In this document: piece after piece, positions 58,701 to 64,000 of the stretch
Position numbering within the stretch: the first letter of the stretch is position 1
Layout of the letters: every line of letters starts with the position of its first letter
Source of the DNA: a virus
IMG/VR virus record: IMGVR_UViG_3300021185_001231
DNA length: 64,000 nt
Direction: 5' to 3' (one strand)
Position numbers and translations under genes: made by a program
Notes under the pieces: generated by a model
The model's database searches: none
Told to the model about the DNA's origin: nothing
What the model saw: the letters and a program-made list of their open reading frames with translations, nothing else

Positions 58701-61700
58701 AGCAAAGTTTGTAACTCTATTTCTTGAAAAATCTCCAACGTAATTTGTGATACGTGTACGTGCATAAGCTGAATAACGAGTTCTACTGTAATCTGTTGCA
58801 CGAGTCCTAGCAAAATCTCCAACGTAGTTTGTTACACGAGTTCTTCCGTAATTACCTGTGAAGTCTCCAGCATAATTCGTTATACGAGTCCTAGCAAAAT
58901 CTCCAACGTAATTTGTGATACGAGTCCTTGCATAAGCAGAGTAACGAGTTCTAGTAGATGTACGAGTAGAAGTTCTCGCATAATTACCGACATAGTTACC
59001 AGCAAATCCTCTTGAATAGTTACCAACAAAGCCTCTGGCATAATTACCAGTAAAGTATGAAGTATAGTTACCAACAAAATTACCAGCAAAATTAGTTACT
59101 CGGTTGCGGGTGTAAACCGATACTCTTGATCTAGAATAAGCGGAATTACGAGTACGAGAATATGTACCGTCAAAATTCTGTGTCATAGTTCTAGTATAGT
59201 TTGCTGAATATGTAGAAATTCTATTTCTTGTGTAATCACCAGCATAAGCAGAAACTCTATTTCGAGCAGAAGTTCTTGCATAAGTGGAAACTCTCTGTCT
59301 CGTGTAGTTAGCTGCATAAGCAGAAACCCTGTTTCGAGAATAAGTTCCAGCGTAAGTGGAAGATCTTTGTCTAGTGTAATTATCTGAATACGTTGAAATT
59401 CTATTTCTTGAGTATGTTCCGGTATATGCAGAAGATCTTTCTCTCGTATAAGGTTGTGAGAATGCAGAAATTCTTGTCCTAGAATAAGTTCCGGAATAAG
59501 ATGAAGATCTTTGTCTAGTATAATCAACTACATAAGCAGAAACTCTTGTTCTAGAGTATGTGCCAGTGTAAGACGATGGTCTTTGTCTTGTGTAGTTAGT
59601 TGCATAAGCAGAAACTCTAGTTCTAGCATATGCACCAGTGTAAGAAGAGGCTCTTTGTCGTGTGTACGGAGCAGAATATGCAGAATTTCTTGTTCTTGCG
59701 TAAGTTCCAGAATATGCAGAATTTCTTGTTCTTGCGTAAGTTCCCGAATATGTAGAAATTCTAGTTCTAACGTAGGTTCCGGCATAAGAAGAGTTTCTTG
59801 TTCTGGTGTAAGTTCCAGCATACGATGAAGGTCTTCCACGAGTATAGGAAGATGTTCTGTTCCCAGTGTAATATGCAGTAAATCCTTGGTTTCTGGTTGT
59901 CGCATAAGAAGATACTCTTGCACGAGAGTAATAACCAGTGAAATTTGCAATAAAGGCGACAACAACGTCACGAGTGTATGTAGAAGGACGAGTTATTACA
60001 TATTCACCAGTAAAAGTTCTAGAAAAATTAGTTACTCGATCTCTGGTATATGTAGAACTTCTGTTTGTTGTGAAAGTGTTTGTGTAAACACCAGTATATT
60101 CACCAACAAAATCTCTAGAGTAGTTTCCGGTAAAGGGTGTTGTGTATGTGCTAGTCCTGACTCCGGAATAGTTACCTACAAAGTCACCAGTATAGTTACC
60201 AGCAAAATCTCTCGAGTAATTACCTTCAAAGTTTCTGGTATAGTTACCAGTGAAGTCTCCGGCATAGTTAACTGTAGATAATCTGGTAGAAATTCTAGAA
60301 TATGAAGAAACACGAGTTCTAGAATATGTAGAAGTTCTTGGTGTGGTATAAGTACTTGCGCGAGTTCTTGTATAACTTTGGTCTGAAACATCTTTTTTAG
60401 TGTTTAACGCAGTACCTACAGCTTTCCAAGTGCCCGGATCGGTGGGTGCACCTTGTGTGGATGATCGGAACTGATATGAACCAATGTTTCCGGCAGTAGC
60501 GCGAAGAGTTTGTATTCTTTGACCAAGAGTATATTGAATCTCTTCGTCGGTCATAACTTGTAGACCAGAGAAACTAGCAGGTCCTGTTGTGTAAGTTCCG
60601 ACATTTCCAGAAGACAAACCAGAACCTGTCCAACTCGTTCCCGAAATCTCAGTCAACAAATTACCGGAAAGATCATAAATATAAATTCTTCCAGCAGCTG
60701 AGTTGTATCTCCAATCAGAAGTAACAATATTATCACCAACAAAATAAACCTGATCACCAAAAGTATTATAACTATGTCCCGATCCACTAGGTTGGGTTAC
60801 TGTAGTTCCATTTTGAAGATCCAAACTATCGTATATTGCAAATTTTGGAGAACCGTTATCACCGAAGACTACCTTCCCAGAATCCTCATGATAGTCTATA
60901 GTAGATCCAAAGGAACTGAATCCAGCTGGAGACAAAGTTTGAGTATTTACAAGATCTTGATCAAAAAACTTAGCTCCACCAGAACCAATACCAAAGACCA
61001 TTCTTTCCCCAGATGAAAAAGGAAGTATTTTCGCTTCTTTACCGTTTGAATATGGATTAAATGTGAAAACTTTTAATTGATTAGATCCGTCTAAATCAAA
61101 TCTCCAAGTATAGTATCGACTATTTCCCCAAGCATAAACATAATTTCCCCAAAGTTTTACTCCCATCCCAAGCATCTCATTGACTTCAGGAGTATCATCA
61201 AATATTTCAACCATATTATTGCCATCTAAGTCATAAACATAAACCGCTCCATGTTGATTAAGACCCTGTGAACCGTTTCTACTAGCTCCTACTGCGATAT
61301 GTGTATCTGATACATCAATAGATGCAGCAAAACTATTATTATGTAAAGTGTTTCCGATTGCATCCGGAGCTAATATAGTATTGACTAAATTGCCGGAAAT
61401 ATCATAAATATTTACCTGACTTTGTCTATAATTTGCAACATATATTTTCTCACCAGAAAATTTAACAGTTTGTATTTGATCTGTGCCGGGATCTGTTATT
61501 GTAAAACGAACAGATCCGTCTGAGTTATGTATCTGTAGATCTCCAGCATTTCCATTACTAGAAAATGATGCAAATAAACCTTGACCATTAAATGTTGGAA
61601 CGCCAGTAGTGTTTTTTAATGTCATCGGACGAACAGTAGTGGGAGCTGCTACTGTAGTTTTTACGTACACATGGTAGGGAACGGAAGTTCCATCACCCTG

Positions 61701-62195
61701 TGTATCTGAGAATATGCTATCGATAAATACGTTGTAATCTACGCCAGGAGAAGTAGATGCCAGCTTAAATGTGCCGGGATAGTCTAAGTCTACAAGTTTT
61801 CCAATTACACGATTTGCCAGTGAGTCTAGATCCGCATCTACCATTTCGTAGAGGCCGGGAACATCGACATGACTGTAGTAACCTATAGGTCTCTTGAAGT
61901 TTGAACCTGACTCGTCTGCAACACCAGTTTTTTGATGAACTGTGGTTGTAGTTTCGCCAGATGTAATCTGTGATGCTGGGTGTGTTCCTGTGGTCTGATT
62001 GAAGAATGTATCTACAAAAGAACCAATAGGAGTAGCATCAGCAGAACTCAAACTAAGGTTACCTATTGCATCAGTTGAAGCTGATGTCAGATGTTGACTT
62101 ACACAGTACGCAAGATAGTTTTCTTCTATCGGGGAGTACTCATGTAAATCTGTACCTGAGTTTATAAGTTTTAAAGGTATACTCGATTTGGACAC
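55761..62195 (-). CDS. giant tetrapeptide-repeat 'hairpin' fibre protein (2144 aa)
   Basis: N-terminal repeated small domains and a propeller-like region, then about 1500 aa of (Y/F/R/S)xxx tetrads in two mirror-complementary arms around a unique centre; late promoter upstream; start codon is GTG. Confidence 0.75.
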   Translation of the reverse strand: MSKSSIPLKLINSGTDLHEYSPIEENYLAYCVSQHLTSASTDAIGNLSLSSADATPIGSFVDTFFNQTTGTHPASQITSGETTTTVHQKTGVADESGSNFKRPIGYYSHVDVPGLYEMVDADLDSLANRVIGKLVDLDYPGTFKLASTSPGVDYNVFIDSIFSDTQGDGTSVPYHVYVKTTVAAPTTVRPMTLKNTTGVPTFNGQGLFASFSSNGNAGDLQIHNSDGSVRFTITDPGTDQIQTVKFSGEKIYVANYRQSQVNIYDISGNLVNTILAPDAIGNTLHNNSFAASIDVSDTHIAVGASRNGSQGLNQHGAVYVYDLDGNNMVEIFDDTPEVNEMLGMGVKLWGNYVYAWGNSRYYTWRFDLDGSNQLKVFTFNPYSNGKEAKILPFSSGERMVFGIGSGGAKFFDQDLVNTQTLSPAGFSSFGSTIDYHEDSGKVVFGDNGSPKFAIYDSLDLQNGTTVTQPSGSGHSYNTFGDQVYFVGDNIVTSDWRYNSAAGRIYIYDLSGNLLTEISGTSWTGSGLSSGNVGTYTTGPASFSGLQVMTDEEIQYTLGQRIQTLRATAGNIGSYQFRSSTQGAPTDPGTWKAVGTALNTKKDVSDQSYTRTRASTYTTPRTSTYSRTRVSSYSRISTRLSTVNYAGDFTGNYTRNFEGNYSRDFAGNYTGDFVGNYSGVRTSTYTTPFTGNYSRDFVGEYTGVYTNTFTTNRSSTYTRDRVTNFSRTFTGEYVITRPSTYTRDVVVAFIANFTGYYSRARVSSYATTRNQGFTAYYTGNRTSSYTRGRPSSYAGTYTRTRNSSYAGTYVRTRISTYSGTYARTRNSAYSGTYARTRNSAYSAPYTRQRASSYTGAYARTRVSAYATNYTRQRPSSYTGTYSRTRVSAYVVDYTRQRSSSYSGTYSRTRISAFSQPYTRERSSAYTGTYSRNRISTYSDNYTRQRSSTYAGTYSRNRVSAYAANYTRQRVSTYARTSARNRVSAYAGDYTRNRISTYSANYTRTMTQNFDGTYSRTRNSAYSRSRVSVYTRNRVTNFAGNFVGNYTSYFTGNYARGFVGNYSRGFAGNYVGNYARTSTRTSTRTRYSAYARTRITNYVGDFARTRITNYAGDFTGNYGRTRVTNYVGDFARTRATDYSRTRYSAYARTRITNYVGDFSRNRVTNFAGNFVGDYASTSTRTSTRTLGYNRNLYFTGNYSRNFTRERDTSFSRVSTYSRVDTFVGNYSRTFVNYVKYTGNYNRTITSINFYGGNYTTGLTFANSFVGDYSLLVNYTGDYARTGDYTRTRTASFNRTNQYVGNYGGTQSFTGNYTGWANNSPWDYQFNYNSWQLHYGYGGSSGITIKVYTNGVLRKQQYYSNYTTAEHVTYFDVGPIRYFKHASSGVRWSLDDMPNSSTAAQTYSYFAGFRVSTANSNYPGNYTRISTLAGGTYTRTRNATVSYSRNYVGNYTRNLYYTRTRPATLYYTRTSTRNFTRDSTYTRDTQINYTRNSTYTRDPATAFPRSSTYTGYYSRTPVRSSTLAYTGDFTGNYTNSYSADYTRVGTYTRIGYYAGDYVGNYVRDRVTNFAGDFVGNYATTFTGDFVGNYSRAFGGNYVGNFVGNYATTFTGNFAGDYSRNRVTNFTGDFLGNYATTFTGNFVGNYSRTYAGDFAGNYVGEYARTSTRTRYSAYARTRYSTYTRGRASTYTRDRVTNFAGDFGGNYARTFTGNYARNFIGEYTGTYTAYYAGDYVGNYARGFGGNYVGNYSRGYAGNYVGNYARDITDPYVGNYSRDFSGQYTGTYSRNITDPYVGNYARGFSGQYAGTYSRNITDSYVGNFSRDFSGQYAGTYSRNITDSYTGNYARDFAGEFTGAYSRNITDSYVGNFSRGFVGEYVGAYSRNITDSYTGNYARDFAGEFTGAYSRNFIGEYTGQYSRDFAGEYAGTYSRGFVGEYTGAYSRNFEGNYSRDFVGDFAQVRSSSYVGNYSREFVGEYAGEYASEFAGNFVSNYSRGFVSNYSRDRVSTYAGNFVSNYSRGFVGNYSRDFSGEYSRTRMSSYVLDYVSNFSRGFTGEYTRNSTDDFIRTRISSYTGVRASSYTSVSTRVSSRDFAGDYTGNYSRNLVSNYSRNFIGDFSRNFVGNYTGLTIQGSSSTVETYTLYVRVA
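55833..60374 (-). repeat. 12-nt-period coding repeat array in two arms (58647-60374 and 55833-57548)
   Basis: Strict 4-aa periodicity; an identical block of about 80 nt recurs at 56481 and 56625 (144-nt spacing). Confidence 0.9.
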
Positions 62196-62234
62196 TGTAA
62201 TCTCGCTCTTTAGGTTAAGTTGATCATGTACCTT

Positions 62235-62242
62235 TATTTATA
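62235..62242 (-). promoter_or_regulatory. T4-type late promoter for the 2144-aa gene
   Basis: TATAAATA 40 nt upstream of the start. Confidence 0.8.
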
Positions 62243-62301
62243 CATTTTTAAATCACAGTGCGAGGATTTATTGAACCTTTTTTAACTTAATTTTACGAGA
62301 T

Positions 62302-62742
62302 TTATTCTGGTTGTGTGGGCCAGTTAACATCACTAACATTGCTTATGTCAGAAGAAACGAATGACAAATCACGAAGAGTTTGACGATAAGTTTGCCACTC
62401 AGATTTTTTTTCTTCTGGTAATGGTGAGTCTGACATTTGAGTCCAGTCACATCTATATAATAGATTATTACGAACATTTCTGACATCTACCATAACGTCT
62501 TCAAGATCCCAATCCCAAGAAGAACCATTCCACCTAGAGTATTTGTTTGGCGCGGCATCTCTTACTTTCCATTCGCCATCCCAATAACGAGTTTTTATAA
62601 ATTGTAATCTGTCCGCAATAGAAAAATCTATGTGGACTATAGTAGTGCCATCCTCTTGAAGACCTTCCGACGGATTGTCACCAGTCGATAACTTTAATGT
62701 TTTTATTTGACCATTTTCAATGACCGCTATATAATAAATCAT
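62302..62742 (-). CDS. tail fibre assembly chaperone
   Basis: R..RN.LL...DWTQ..D.P......W..YRQ.LRD......WP.QP signature. Confidence 0.85.
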   Translation of the reverse strand: MIYYIAVIENGQIKTLKLSTGDNPSEGLQEDGTTIVHIDFSIADRLQFIKTRYWDGEWKVRDAAPNKYSRWNGSSWDWDLEDVMVDVRNVRNNLLYRCDWTQMSDSPLPEEKKSEWQTYRQTLRDLSFVSSDISNVSDVNWPTQPE

Positions 62743-62753
62743 TTAATTTTCCT

Positions 62754-63542
62754 TTAAACTAATTCTGCCGAAACTATAATTTGTCTTATGTTGTTGAATG
62801 TTCTTCCGCTGCCACCAGTATTAGGACCTGGCCCAAATGGGTTTCCAAGTCCACCTCCACCGTTAGGTTCATCATCTAAACCACCATTATTTGGTAATCC
62901 ATCTCCAGAGTCGGTCTCTCTCCAACCATGAGCCTTAACTTCACCAGCTTCTCCTAGTAATGGAGGAAAAAATTGTATTCCTTGTAAACTGGTTGGTACG
63001 GCGGAAAAATTATGACCCAGTGAAAATGTCCACTTACCAATTTCCCAATAGTCATTGTAGTCTCCTAGAGATACTGAACTGTTATCACTAATATCTCCGT
63101 TAACACTTCTTGGTGGGTGATAGGCAGTAATTAAAAAATGACTACCTAACTTAACAGAACGACTATCGAATTGAATACTATTATCACTATTTTTAATTTG
63201 TAAACCATAATCATCCGAACTAGTACTTATATTATCTGAATGAGTCACAACAAAATAATCTAATTCTACCGCTATTGCCGAATCATCATCTTCATCATAC
63301 TGAAAAAAATTAACATTAGCTCCATTATATCTAGGACTGGCAAATATTATTTTTGAAGATAGTGCATTTTCTTGGCCAGAAGGAGGTCGTATAAATATAA
63401 ATTCATCTTCTATATTAGAAGAATCTGAAACGCCTGTACCAGTTCCCATTTCTCTTATGACATAACTACTCATTCCCTTTCGAGAATCGAACATTACCCC
63501 ACCGTCATTATTATTTACAACTAAACCATAATCATTGGACAT
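62754..63542 (-). CDS. tail-tip-associated protein (hypothetical)
   Basis: Duplicated DYGL...N.D....FDSR motif; Gly/Pro/Asn-rich insert near the C-terminus. Confidence 0.55.
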   Translation of the reverse strand: MSNDYGLVVNNNDGGVMFDSRKGMSSYVIREMGTGTGVSDSSNIEDEFIFIRPPSGQENALSSKIIFASPRYNGANVNFFQYDEDDDSAIAVELDYFVVTHSDNISTSSDDYGLQIKNSDNSIQFDSRSVKLGSHFLITAYHPPRSVNGDISDNSSVSLGDYNDYWEIGKWTFSLGHNFSAVPTSLQGIQFFPPLLGEAGEVKAHGWRETDSGDGLPNNGGLDDEPNGGGGLGNPFGPGPNTGGSGRTFNNIRQIIVSAELV

Positions 63543-63832
63543 TATCTAAACCTAAAAATTGATAAGTAGTATGGAACATCACCGACAGTAGAATTTGATA
63601 ATGTTAGAGTATCTGATGAAGTTGTTACAGATATCGATTCTGTATCATTATCTTCGTCTATATTATAAGCCATTAGTGCCGCATCATCTATATCTGGAAT
63701 ATTTAAAGTTATTGAAGAATTTGATGTCATTGTCCCCGCTTGAGATGCAAATATTTCTTCATTAAAAATATTATTAGAGTTTGTTATAACTCCACCATTA
63801 ACACCATCTGAAATATATAGTCCGTAACTCAT
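63542..63832 (-). CDS. small tail-associated protein (hypothetical)
   Basis: MSYGL start like the neighbouring gene; beta-rich. Confidence 0.55.
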   Translation of the reverse strand: MSYGLYISDGVNGGVITNSNNIFNEEIFASQAGTMTSNSSITLNIPDIDDAALMAYNIDEDNDTESISVTTSSDTLTLSNSTVGDVPYYLSIFRFR

Positions 63833-63833
63833 A

Positions 63834-64000
63834 TTATACCGCCAGATTTCCTAATTGAACTCTTAGTTGACCGGCAGAATCAAATATCTTTGTAACATCA
63901 TCTTTCATTTCCATGCGAGCACCGGATAGGTTTGCACCTATATCTAGGTTACCTGTAACTTTAACATTTGATAGTTCTATCTGATCGCCAGAAATAGTAA
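63834..64000 (-). CDS. 3' end of a tail-tip/host-specificity (gpJ-like C-terminus) gene
   Basis: Manual translation ...TISGDQIELSNVKVTGNLDIGANLSGARMEMKDDVTKIFDSAGQLRVQLGNLAV*. Confidence 0.5.
   Translation of the reverse strand, partial: TISGDQIELSNVKVTGNLDIGANLSGARMEMKDDVTKIFDSAGQLRVQLGNLAV

Noticed and set aside
55833-60374. CRISPR array, DNA inverted repeat or ice-nucleation-protein interpretation of the repeats
   Set aside because: Repeats are in-frame 12-nt coding units with synonymous variation and no repeat-spacer pattern; the arms are not reverse complements; the motif is not the AGYGST-type INP repeat
1183-61016. Numerous short plus-strand and alternate-frame ORFs within long genes (e.g. 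46716..47243, 53790..54134, 59528..59971)
   Set aside because: Antisense or frame shadows of well-supported genes, favoured by repetitive Ala/Thr codons; no RBS or motif support
35657-64000. Diversity-generating retroelement or invertase-based fibre switching
   Set aside because: No reverse transcriptase or recombinase in the window and no template/variable repeat pair differing only at adenines was noticed
1-64000. Stop-codon reassignment
   Set aside because: Core genes translate full-length with the standard code and no suppressor tRNA is present

Overview
64-kb segment of a T4-like (myovirus) dsDNA phage genome, probably aquatic. The host cannot be determined from this window and no photosynthesis genes are seen. 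Almost everything is on the minus strand. The left part (1-23 kb) is the replication/recombination/transcription block: gp41, uvsX, gp43, regA, gp62/44/45, gp46/47, gp55, uvsW and uvsY. It carries accessory genes (UDP-glucose dehydrogenase, NDP-sugar epimerase, GT25-like transferase, Hsp20, MazG-like, PrimPol-like, DruA/DUF4338-like), three canonical tRNAs and one atypical Gly-tRNA-like gene. Near-consensus sigma70 promoters drive this block. The middle (23-35.6 kb) is the canonical gp13-gp23 plus gp3 head/neck/tail block under TATAAATA late promoters. The right part (35.6-64 kb) encodes giant fibre-like proteins of 3307, 1538, 780 and 2144 aa. The standout is the 2144-aa protein. It has two 572-residue arms of 4-residue repeats that are mirror-complementary to each other: 143 tetrads stay in antiparallel register with no indel and follow a consistent pairing code. 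The arms flank a central unique domain of about 100 aa, so the protein looks like a protein-level hairpin. Directly downstream are a small helical protein, a GT-A glycosyltransferase and an atypical 2OG-Fe(II) oxygenase, which may form a dedicated fibre folding/modification system. All family assignments come from motif recognition and synteny, not from database searches.
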